Both the position numbers and the translations under genes were made by a program. Below are positions 36,401 through 47,881 of a stretch of DNA of 64,000 nucleotides, in pieces. The notes beneath the pieces were generated by a model, which searched no databases, was not told the DNA's origin, and was given only the letters and a program-made list of their open reading frames with translations. Every line of letters starts with the position of its first letter. Position 1 is the first letter of the stretch. Source of the DNA: Macrostomum lignano (lineage: Eukaryota); NCBI GenBank assembly GCA_002269645.1, contig NIVC01000517.1, positions 27,043-91,042 of the forward strand. Reading direction: 5' to 3'.

Positions 36401-38525
36401 GTCAAGTCGACAGCGGCTCCTGAAGAGACGACTGAAGGACCAGTCAAGTCGACAGAGGCTCCTGAAGGGACGACTGAAGGACCAGTCAGGACTGAAGGAC
36501 CAGTAAAGACAACTGAAGGACCAGTCAAGTCGACAGCGGCTCCTGAAGGGACGACTGAAGGACCAGTCAGGACTGAAGGACCAGTCAAGTCGACAGAGGC
36601 TCCTGAAGGGACGACTGAAGGACCAGTCAAGTCGACAGCGGCTCCTGAAGAGACGACTGAAGGACCAGTCAAGACTGAAGGACCAGTCAAGTCGACAGCG
36701 GCTCCTGAAGAGACGACTGAAGGACCAGTCAAGTCGACAGAGGCTCCTGAAGAGACAACTGAAGGACCAGTCATGACTGAAGGACCAGTGAAGACAACTG
36801 AAGGACCAGTCAAGACTGAAAGACCAGTCAAGTCGACAGCGGCTCCTGAAGAGACGACTGAAGGACCAGTCAAGTCGACAGCGGCTCCTGAAGAGACACC
36901 TGAAGGACCAGTCAAGTCGACAGCGGCTCCCGAAGAGACAACTGAAGGACCAGTTAAGACTGAAGGACCAGTCAAGTCGACAGCGGCTCCTGAAGGGACG
37001 ACTGAAGAGCCAGTGAAGACAACAGCCACTGCTGAAGAGGCGACTGAAGGACCAGTCAAGTCGACAGCGGCTCCTGAAGAGACACCTGAAGGACCAGTCA
37101 AGTCGACAGCGGCTCCCGAAGAGACAACTGAAGGACCAGTCAAGACTGAAAGACCAGTCATGTCGACAGCGGCTCCTGTAGAGACGACTGAAGGACCAGT
37201 CAAGTCGACAGCGGCTCCTGAAGAGACAACTGAAGGACCAGTCAAGACTGAAGGACCAGTCAAGTCGACAGCGGCTCCTGAAGAGACGACTGAAGGACCA
37301 GTCAAGTCGACAGCGGCTCCTGAAGGGACGACTGAAGGACCAGTGAGGACTGAAGGACCAGTCAAGTCGACAGAGGCTCCTGAAGAGACGACTGAAGGAC
37401 CAGTCAAGACTGAAGGACCAGTAAAGACAACTGAAGGACCAGTCAAGTCGACAGCGGCTCCTGAAGGGACGACTGAAGGACCAGTCAAGACTGAAGGACC
37501 AGTCAAGTCGACAGCGGCTCCTGAAGGGACGACTGAAGGACCAGTCAAGTCGACAGAGGCTCCTGAAGGGACGACTGAAGGACCAGTCAAGTCGACAGCG
37601 GCTCCTGAAGAGACGACTGAAGGACCAGTCAAGTCGACAGAGGCTCCTGAAGGGACGACTGAAGGACCAGTCAGGACTGAAGGACCAGTAAAGACAACTG
37701 AAGGACCAGTCAAGTCGACAGCGGCTCCTGAAGGGACGACTGAAGGACCAGTCAGGACTGAAGGACCAGTCAAGTCGACAGAGGCTCCTGAAGGGACGAC
37801 TGAAGGACCAGTCAAGTCGACAGCGGCTCCTGAAGAGACGACTGAAGGACCAGTCAAGTCGACAGAGGCTCCTGAAGAGACAACTGAAGGACCAGTCAAG
37901 ACTGAAGGACCAGTAAAGACAACTGAAAGACCAGTCAAGTCGACAGCGGCTCCTGAAGAGAGAACTGAAGGTCCATTGAAGTCAACAGCGACTGCTGAAG
38001 AGACGACTGAAGAGAAAACTGAAGGACCAGTCAAGTCGACAGCGGCTCCTGAAGGACCAGCCAAGACTGAAGGACCAGTAAAGACAACTGAAGGACCAGT
38101 CAAGTCGACAGAGGCTCCTGAAGAGACAACTGAAGGACCAGTCAAGACTGAAGGACCAGTGAAGACAACTGAAGGACAAGTGAAGACAACTGAAGAACCA
38201 GTCAAGACAACTGAAGGAACAGTCAAGTCGACAGCGGCTCCTGAAGAGACAACCGAAGCGCCAGTTGCGAAGACAACAGAGGCTATTACAGTGACCCAGA
38301 CGACTGAAGCTCGTAAGTTTCCTTTTGTCATGATTGAGTTTTGATTGGTACGTAGAATCAAGTTTAAATCGTTGAAATCAGCCTCATTTTAATTAATTTT
38401 TTCCAGCAAACAACCGTCTGCTTATTATTGTGAGCCTCAGTCTGGGCGCTGTGGTTGTCATTCTAATCCTAATAATTCTGCTAATCGTCATGTGTCGCTC
38501 GAGACCTCCGGTTGGCGCTGTATGA
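33440..38525 (+). CDS. Transmembrane mucin-like protein, ~1593 aa (signal peptide, ~1530 aa T/E/P/S-rich repeats, TM, short tail)
   Basis: Exon 1 33440-33500 (MNPQTCCLLVAGLALSLLAS), exon 2 33711-38312 (4602 nt, STAAPEETTEGPVK repeats), exon 3 38407-38525 (LLIIVSLSLGAVVVILILIILLIVMCRSRPPVGAV*). GT-AG, phase 1-1. Confidence 0.92.
33717..38270 (+). repeat. Coding modular tandem repeat built from TEGPVK (18 bp), TTEGPVK (21 bp) and STAAPEET (24 bp)
   Basis: Directly visible in DNA and translation. Confidence 0.95.
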
Positions 38526-39219
38526 AGAACTGCCTCCCGATGGACTGACAATATGATGCGTTTGGAGTTTGTGATTTATAAAATCAATATCCCAAATTAT
38601 GCGTTTGTACACTGTACCTAAGTATAGTTATTTACTAGTTTTCTGCATTCTAAGTAAGTAAATAATTTGGTAGCATGATGACAGCTTCATCTCTCAACAT
38701 TTGATTGCGTAGCTCATTTCGTTTTACACTTGTTGTAGCTTCCAACTTTGCAACACTGACATTTTGTATCATAATCTCCAGTAATAAACTCCATTTTAGT
38801 CAAAACAAATAATATATAACGCCGGTTGCTGTCGACCTTTACTATACATGTAGCTGGTATTTCTGTTTTTCTTCTACTTCAGTTGCAACAGCAGCAACAG
38901 CTGACTCAGCTTCCCAGGTACACATAAGACAATTCTCGTAATAATGAGAAGGAAAACACGTTTCTTCAACTGTCCCACAGGCTGACCAAAAACAGCTCTC
39001 AATTAAAGATGGGTGAACCCTGACCCGGGCGCGTCTATAAATAGCAGCTGGCTATTTATAGCGGCCAAAGTGATGAAGATTATTGTTTATCTTCTCAATT
39101 TTCAGCGTCGGAAACACACGGTGGAAACGTGTTTATACTGGGGTAAAAACACTGAGTCAATCAATTGGAAGCAACTAATGCATTATGTAGGCAGGGCGAG
39201 AAAGGATCTGTGAAGGTGG

Positions 39220-40003
39220 CGCTGGCCCAGCAACTGAGGATCTGGGAGGCTGGCTGACCCAGCAACTGAGGATCTGGGAGGCTGGCTGACCCAGCAACTG
39301 AGGATCTGGGAGGCTGGCCCAGCAACTGACACTCTGGGAGGCTGGCCTAGCAACTGAGGATCTGGGAGGCTGGCCTAGCAACTGACACTCTGGGAGGCTG
39401 GCCCAGCAACTGAGGATCTGGGAGGCTGGCCCAGCAACTGAGGATCTGGGAGGCTGGCTGGCCCAGCAACTGAGGATCTGGGAGGCTGGCCTAGCAACTG
39501 ACACTCTGGGAGGCTGGCCCAGCAACTGAGGATCTGGGAGGCTGGCCCAGCAACTGAGGATCTGGGAGGCCGGTCCGGCCCAGCAACTGAGGATATGAGA
39601 GGCTGGCCCAGCAACTGACACTCTGGGAGGCTGGCCTAGCAACTGAGGATCTGGGAGGCTGGCCTAGCAACTGACACTCTGGGAGGCTGGCCCAGCAACT
39701 GAGGATCTGGGAGGCTGGCTGGCCCAGCAACTGAGGATCTGGGAGGCTGGCCTAGCAACTGACACTCTGGGAGGCTGGCCCAGCAACTGAGGATCTGGGA
39801 GGCTGGCCCAGCAACTGAGGATCTGGGAGGCCGGTCCGGCCCAGCAACTGAGGATATGAGAGGCTGGCCCAGCAACTGACACTCTGGGAGGCTGGCCTAG
39901 CAACTGAGGATCTGGGAGGCTGGCCTAGCAACTGAGGATCTGGGAGGCTGGCCTAGCAATTGACACTCTGGGAGGCTGGCCCAGCAACTGAGGATCTGGG
40001 AGG
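39220..40003. repeat. 28-bp minisatellite GGCCCAGCAACTGAGGATCTGGGAGGCT downstream of NMD3
   Basis: Directly visible, with GACACT/GAGGAT and CTAG/CCAG variants. Confidence 0.95.
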
Positions 40004-40275
40004 GCGAAAATGCAGAGCCCAGCAACTTTATATATACATACGCATATACATGCGTAGGTAGATAAAATGAAACAGGAATCGAACCCATCATCAACGATTC
40101 GCAGCTGATTTTCCAAACCATGGAGGTAACAAAATCAAAAGATGGAAACAATTGAAAACTACCAAGGCCTGGACCTGGCCTGGTGGATTTATTTCAGCAA
40201 TTTCCCAGTTCAACACAAACACCCGGAGCAGTCTTAAAGATAATCAGGCTCGCCGCTGCCTAAAAGTACAACCGC

Positions 40276-43200
40276 CTACTCCATGGCGGCATCGTCGGCG
40301 TCTAAATTCAGTTCGTCCAGCATCTCGTCCAACCCGATTTCGGGCGCGCCATCATCTCCCGCCGAGACGGCGGCGGAGGCAGCAGCGGCAGCCAGTCGCT
40401 CCTTGTAGATGTTCACCCCGCGCCGGAGTTCCTTGTCCTCCTCCAGGTCGTCCAGGAACTCCTGGTAGGCTGCGCCGCCCTGCCCTCCACTATCGTCGTC
40501 GTCAACGTCAACGTCGGCCTCCTCCAGTCGACGCAGGCGCCAACGCCGCTGACTCCGCCGGCTGGAGGCGTACACCTTCTTGACTAGGACAACGTCTGGC
40601 ACTTTCGAGTCCACCAGGCGGTCCAGTTCGGCGTGGTTCAGATTGGCCCGGCGCAGGTCCAGACCGCGGGCGGTGTCGCCGCAGGACAGCAGGCGGCCCA
40701 GGTGAGAGCGGCAGTGCACCTCGTCAGAGGACAGGTCAGCGTCTGTCAGCAGCCACACGTCGGCGGAGAGAAATCGGCTGCCGCCTCCGCCTGCGGCTGC
40801 GTGTTGTTGCTGATGCTGCTGGTGTTCGATTGGCTCACAGTTGGTCACTGTGAAGTCCGACAGTTTCGCTTGGAGAGCCTATCGGTAGAGGGCAGGGGGA
40901 GATCGTCTTTTAGAGACTCTCGGTTCAGCTCACCTGATTCTCATTCAGATCCCATCAGTGACTCTCATTCAGACCCCATCTGTGACTCTCATTCAGATCC
41001 CCATCTGTGACTCTCATTCAGACCCCATCTGTGACTCTCATTCAGATCCCCATCTGTGACTCTCATTCAGATCCCCATCTGTGACTCTCATTGAGACCCC
41101 ATCTGTGACTCTCATTCAGACCCCATCTGTGACTCTCATTCAGACCCCATCTGTGACTCTCATTCAGATCCCCATCTGTGACTCTCATTGAGACCCCATC
41201 TGTGACTCTCATTCAGACCCCATCTGTGACTCTCATTCAGACCCCATCTGTGACTCTCATTCAGACCCCATCTGTGACTCTCATTCAGATCCCCATCTGT
41301 GACTCTCATTGAGACCCCATCTGTGACTCTCATTCAGATCCCCATCTGTGACTCTCATTCAGACCCCATCTGTGACTCTCATTCAGACCCCATCTGTGAC
41401 TCTCATTCAGACCCCATCTGTGACTCTCATTCAGACTCCATCTGTGACTCTCATTCAGACTCCATCTGTGACTCTCATTCAGACCCCATCTGTGACTCTC
41501 ATTCAGACCCCATCTGTGACTCTCATTCAGACCCCATCTGTGACTCTCATTCAGACTCCATCTGTGACTCTCATTCAGACCCCATCTGTGACTCTCATTC
41601 AGACCCCATCTGTGACTCTCATTCAGACTCCATCTGTGACTCTCATTCAGACTCCATCTGTGACTCTCATTCAGACTCCATCTGTGACTCTCATTCAGAC
41701 CCCATCTGTGACTCTCATTCAGACCCCATCTGTGACTCTCATTCAGACTCCATCTGTGACTCTCATTCAGACTCCATCTGTGACTCTCATTCAGACTCCA
41801 TCTGTGACTCTCATTCAGACCCCATCTGTGACTCTCATTCAGACCCCATCTGTGACTCTCATTCAGACCCCATCTGTGACTCTCATTCAGACCCCATCAG
41901 TGACTCTCATTCAGACCCCATCTGTGACTCTCATTCAGACCCCATCTGTGACTCTCATTCAGACCCCATCTGTGACTCTCATTCAGATCCCATCAGTGAC
42001 TCTCATTCAGACCCCATCTGTGACTCTCATTCAGATCCCCATCTGTGACTCTCATTCAGACCCCATCAGTGACTCTCATTCAGACCCCATCTGTGACTCT
42101 CATTCAGACCCCCGTCTGTGACTCTCATTCAGACCCCCGTCTGTGACTCTCATTCAGACCCCATCTGTGACTCTCATTCAGACCCCATCTGTGACTCTCA
42201 TTCAGACCCCCGTCTGTGACTCTCATTGAGACCCCATCTGTGACTCTCATTCAGACCCCATCTGTGACTCTCATTCAGACCCCATCAGTGACTCTCATTC
42301 AGACCCCATCTGTGACTCTCATTCAGACCCCCGTCTGTGACTCTCATTCAGACCCCATCTGTGACTCTCATTCAGACCCCATCTGTGACTCTCATTCAGA
42401 CCCCCGTCTGTGACTCTCATTGAGACCCCATCGGTGACTCTCATTCAGACCCCATCTGTGACTCTCATTCAGACCCCATCTGTGACTCTCATTCAGATCC
42501 CCATCTGTGACTCTCATTCAGACTCCATCTGTGACTCTCATTCAGACCCCCATTTGTGACTCTCATTCAGACCCCATCTGTGACTCTCATTCAGACTTCA
42601 TCAGTGACTCTCATTCAGACCCCATCTGTGACTCTCATTCAGACCCAATCTGTGACTCTCATTCAGACTCCATCTGTGACTCTCATTCAGATTCCATCAG
42701 TGACTCTCATTCAGACTCCATCTGTGACTCTCATTCAGACTCCATCTGTGACTCTCATTCAGACTCCATCTGTGACTCTCATTCAGACTCCATCTGTGAC
42801 TCTCATTCAGACCCCCATCTGTGACTCTCATTCAGATTCCATCAGTGACTCTCATTCAGACCCCCATCTGTGACTCTCCCAGATGCCATAAGTTCACCTG
42901 CCACGCGAGCCCCGCCAATAGAAGCTGACCTGAAACGGCGCCTGCCAGAACTGCTTCCCGGTAACTTCGGCAGTCCTGCAGGTGCGCGGATCAACCAGGT
43001 GCAGCCTGTCAGTCACCCGGTAGACAACGCAGAACTGCCCAACAGAGCTCAGCTTTCTAGCTACAGGCGGCGGCAGGCAGACAACGTCATCTTTGCAGAT
43101 TGGCGCCACTTCAATGCAGAATGTGTACTTGTAGTTGAACACATTGGAGTGTGTGTCGTGCGACACCAGCGTCTCAGAGGTTTGGCAGCGCGACGGCGAA

Positions 43201-46200
43201 TGGGCAGCGAGAAAGTCGGCCAGTCGTTTGGCGTCTTGGCGTTGGGCAAAGAAAAAGTCCAGGCCGTTGGCGCCGCAGCGCTTGACGCCGGTGCAGTCGC
43301 GATGGGCCTGAGAGTGATAGTATTTGCGAATTTCTAATTGGATTTCCCTAGATTGGATTTCCCTAGAATGGATTTCTCTAGATTGGATTTCCCTAGATTG
43401 GATTTCCCTAGAATGGATTTCTCTAGATTGGATTTCCCTAGATTGGATTTCCCTAGATTGGATTTCCCTAGAATGGATTTCCCTAGATTGGATTTACCTA
43501 GAATGGATTTCCCTAGATTGGATTTCCCTAGATTGGATTTCCCTAGATTGAATTTCTCTAGATTGGATTTCTCTAGATTGGATTTCTCTAGATTTGATTT
43601 CTCTAGATTGGATTTCTCTAGATTGGATTTCTCTAGATTGGATTTCTTTAGATTGGATTTCTCTAGATTGGATTTCTCTAGATTGGATTTCTCTAGATTG
43701 GATTTCTTTAGATTGGATTTCTATAGATTGGATTTCCGAATTTCCCTAGATTGGATTTCTCTTGATTGGATTTCTCTAGATTGGATTTCTTTAGATTGGA
43801 TTTCTATAGATTGGATTTCCGAATTTCCCTAGATTGGATTTCCGAATTTCCCTACATTGCATTCCTGAATTTCCCTAGATTGCATTTCCGAATTTCCCTA
43901 GATTGGATTTCCGAATTTCTCTAGATTGCATTTCCGAATTTCCCTAGATTGGATTTCCGAATTTCTCTAGATTGCATTTCCGAATTTCCCTAGATTGCAT
44001 TTCCGAATTTCCCTAGATTGGATTTCCGAATTTCTCTAGATTGCATTTCCGAATTTCCCTAGATTGGATTTCCGAATTTCCCTAGATTGGATTTCCGAAT
44101 TTCTCTAGATTGCATTTCCGAATTTCCCTAGATTGCATTTCCGAATTTCCCTAGATTGCATTTCCGAATTTCCCTAGATTGGATTTCCGAATTTCCCTAG
44201 ATTGCATTTCCGAATTTCCCTAGATTGCATTTCCGAATTCCCTAGATTGCATTTCCGAATTTCCCTAGATTAGATTTCCGAATTTCTCTAGATTGGATTG
44301 CAGAATGTCGGGAAACTAGAAACTGGATTACAGAATATTGTAGGACAAATAGACGAACCTGATGCTTGAGAACGAGCTGCTCAAGGTACAGCAGAGTCTT
44401 AGGATGAGGCGAATGCTGCCTCAGCTGCACCAGAGCTCGCCAATAGTCCCTAGCAGCCGACCTGTTACAATGGTCACACTGGTGCGACTGCAGCGTGAAC
44501 TCAATCTCGCAGGTCTGCTCAGCGATGGCGCCGTTGAGAACTTCGGCTTGGACGGTGACACGGACCCGGAGGCGACGCGAGTGCGGCTCGGTCCACACGA
44601 ACCCGGCGTCCACCAGGCGGACCTGCGTTGATAGGTGCGGGACAATTGGCTATGGCACCTGTTGCTGGGGGCTTTCACTGCAGTGTAATTAGGGCTGAAT
44701 CGATGCTCACTATAAGGATCAGTATCGACACATTAGCTGACACTGACCCTGACACTAGTCTGACACTTACCCTGACACTAGTCTGACACTTACCCTGACA
44801 CTAGTCTGACACTGGCCCTGACACTAGTTCGACCCTGACCCTGACACTAGTCTGACACTGACAATGACACTAGTTCGACACTGACCCTGACACTTACCCT
44901 GACACTAGTGTGATACTGACCCTGACACTAGTCTGACACTGACACTGACAATAGTCTGACACTGACACTGACAATGACACTAGTTCGACCCTGACCCTGA
45001 CACTAGTCTGACACTTGTGTGATACTGACCCGGACACTAGTCTGACACTGACAATGACACTAGTCTGAAACTGACCCTGACACTAGTCTGACACTGACCC
45101 TGACACTAGTCTGACACTGACCATGACACTAGTCTGACAATGACCCTGACACTAGTTCGACCCTGACCCTGACACTAGTCTGACACTGACCCTGACACTA
45201 ATTCGACCCTGACCCTGACACTAGTCTGACACTGACCCTGACACTAATTCGACCCTGACCCTGACACTAGTCTGACACTGACACTGACACTAGTCTGACA
45301 CTGACCATGACACTAGTTCGACCCTGACACTAGTCTGACACTGACAATGACACTAGTCTGACACTGACCCTGACACTAGTCTGACACTGACCCTGACACT
45401 AGTCTGACACTGACCCTGACCCTGACACTAGTCTGACACTGACCCTGACCCTGACACTAGTCTGACACTGACCCTGACCCTGACACTAGTCTGACACTGA
45501 CCTTGACACTAGTCTGACACTGACCCTGACCCTGACACTAGTCTGACACTGACAATGACACTACACTAGTCTGACACTGACACTGACACTAGTCTGACAC
45601 TGACCATGACACTAGTTCGACCCTGACACTAGTCTGACACTGACAATGACACTAGTCTGACACTGACCCTGACACTAGTCTGACACTGACCCTGACACTA
45701 GTCTGACACTGACCCTGACCCTGACACTAGTCTGACACTGACCCTGACCCTGACACTAGTCTGACACTGACCTTGACACTAGTCTGACACTGACCCTGAC
45801 CCTGACACTAGTCTGACACTGACAATGACACTACACTAGTCTGACACTGGCTGGCCCTAACACAGACACTGACTGACAATTTAATTACCTGACAGAGACC
45901 CTTCTAACAGGTTGCCTACTACTCTGACTCTGCCTGTCTCTACACTTGAAAATCTGTACCAGAAAGCAACTACACTTGTAATTAACAACAGATAGCAGCC
46001 TAGCGTTACCTTATTAAGGCCGCGAATTCGTTTCAAGCACAGCGCCAGCAGCTCTTTACTCTCGGGCTCGGCGGTAACCCAGTGATTCGGCGGCTGCAAA
46101 ATTCTGGCGCACTTCGGACACACGGACAGCACGCACTGGCGCTGGAGGCCCTCGGTGATGTCAACCCGATTGCGGAGACAGGGCAGGCATAAGGCTGTGG

Positions 46201-46318
46201 GGTTGGGATCGATCAGTGTGCCGCATTCGCAGCACTGCATCTGGCCAGGGGCTGAGGCTGTTGCCATGGCGACTAAGGCGCGTTTGCAAGCTGCAATATG
46301 CGGTGTAGCACGAAGCAT
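40276..46318 (-). CDS. NMD3: 60S ribosomal export protein NMD3 (~500 aa)
   Basis: Exons 46318 (or 46267)-46010 ([16 protein letters not shown]), 44622-44359 ([15 protein letters not shown]), 43307-42930 ([25 protein letters not shown]), 40878-40276 ([31 protein letters not shown]). All phase 0, GT-AG; motifs recognised from the NMD3 family. Confidence 0.97.
40950..42878. repeat. 24/25-bp minisatellite GACTCTCATTCAGACCCCATCTGT filling NMD3 intron 3
   Basis: Occupies nearly all of intron 40879-42929. Confidence 0.97.
43338..44292. repeat. Two-part minisatellite in NMD3 intron 2: 15-bp GATTGGATTTCCCTA switching to 23-bp GATTGCATTTCCGAATTTCCCTA
   Basis: Period change near 43740-43850. Confidence 0.95.
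44738..45850. repeat. ~23-bp (17-29 bp variants) minisatellite CCTGACACTAGTCTGACACTGAC in NMD3 intron 1
   Basis: Directly visible. Confidence 0.95.
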
Positions 46319-46356
46319 GCTTTAGTGCTGAAACTTCCTTTTTCTTAGTCTGCTAT

Positions 46357-46710
46357 GGTGGCCCAGCAACTGACACTGGGAGGCTGGCCCAGCAACTGAC
46401 ACTCTGGGAAGCTGGCTGGCCCAGCAGCTGACACTTTAGGAGGCTGGCCCAGCAACTGAGAATTTTGGAGTGGCCCATGCAGCAACTGACACTCTGGTGG
46501 GAGGCAGGCACAGCAACTGAGGATCCGGGAGGCAGGCCCAGCAACTGAGGATCCGGGAGGCTGGCTGGCCCAGCGACTGGGGATCTGGGAGGCTGGTCCA
46601 GAAACTGAGGATCTGGGAGGCTGGCCTAGCAACTGACACTCTGGGAGGCTGGCCCAGCAACTGACACTCTGGGAGGCTGGCCCAGCAGCTGACACTCTGG
46701 GAGGCTGGCT
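46357..46710. repeat. 28/29-bp minisatellite of the same family as 39220-40003, just upstream of the NMD3 ATG
   Basis: Units GGCCCAGCAACTGACACTCTGGGAGGCT and GGCCCAGCAACTGAGGAT..GGGAGGCT. Confidence 0.9.
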
Positions 46711-47224
46711 GTTACTGCAGAGGGAATACGCTCGTACAGTACAAATTAAAGAAGTCTATAGAAAATGCAAATGAAAATGACAGGTATCCATATCAACACT
46801 TTTGTATAGCAACGTGTATAATTGAAAGAAAAAAACTTAGTACTGAGTATAATATTGGCTATATAATATCTATGAGTACTCTTACTAGAGGTTTTTACAA
46901 CATTTTTTAGGATGACAGATATGCAAAGCAAAATAAAAAAATCAATAACTACATTTTTCCACTCTGAATAAAAGAAACTCGCGAAATCAGGCCAAAACAG
47001 ATTCGATTAGTTCACATAATGACAGAAAACCAAATAACGTATCTTTTATTGACATAAAGACCTTGCGATGGGGACAGTAAAGCACAGGCATTTACACAAC
47101 AAAAGTCCGACACCACTGAAGCGATTTCAACTGAGCAGTAAATTAAAAGTGTCATTTATTTAGCGTTGAAATAGTTTAGTGCCTCGGGTAGATTTTCTGA
47201 ATAATAGAATGCTATCGAGAAGCT

Positions 47225-47810
47225 GGGGGTTGTTCGGGGAGACAGCGGTAGTTGCTAGGAGGGAGACAGCAGGTGTTGCTAGGGGGACAGCGAGGGTTGC
47301 TAGGGGCAGACAGCGGGGGTTGCTAGAGGAGACAGCGGGGGTTGCTAGGGGGAGACAATTGGGGTAGCTAGGGGGAGATAGCCAGGGTTGCTAGGGAAGA
47401 CAGCGGTGGTTGCTAGGGGGAGACAGCGGGGGTTGCTAGGGGGATAGAGGGGGTTGCTAGGGGGATAGAGGGGGTTGCTAGGGGGACAGCGAGGGCTGCT
47501 AGGGGGAGATAGCGGGGATTGCTAGGGGGAGACAGCGGGGGTTGCTAGGGGGAGACAGCGAGGGCTGCTAGGGGGAGACAGCGGGGATTGCTAGGGGGAG
47601 ACAGCGGGGGTTGCTAGGGGGAGACAGCGGGGGTTGCTAGGGGGAGACAGCGAGGGCTGCTAGGGGGAGACAGCGGGGATTGCTAGGGGGAGATAGCGGG
47701 GGTTGCTAGGGGGAGATAGCTGAGGTTGCTAGGGGGAGATAGCCGGGGTTGCTAGGGAAGACAGCAGGGGTTGCTAGGGGGGAGATAGCCGGGGTTGCTA
47801 GGCCAGGGGG
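47225..47810. repeat. 23-bp G-rich minisatellite GGGGGTTGCTAGGGGGAGACAGC downstream of the UBE2J1 stop
   Basis: Directly visible. Confidence 0.93.
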
Positions 47811-47881
47811 AGTAAGCGGAGGTTACTGAGGATACTAAAACGATGCAGACTGCATAATCTATCAGCATGAGCAGCAGCTCA

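Noticed and set aside
33631-38361. 1576-aa minus-strand ORF (SVVSSGAAVDLTGP repeats)
   Set aside because: Antisense shadow of the mucin repeat exon. The repeat unit lacks stops on that strand, and only the + frame has signal-peptide and TM exons with matching splice sites.
40950-44292. Repetitive ORFs ([21 protein letters not shown])
   Set aside because: Translations of intronic minisatellites between well-defined NMD3 exons.
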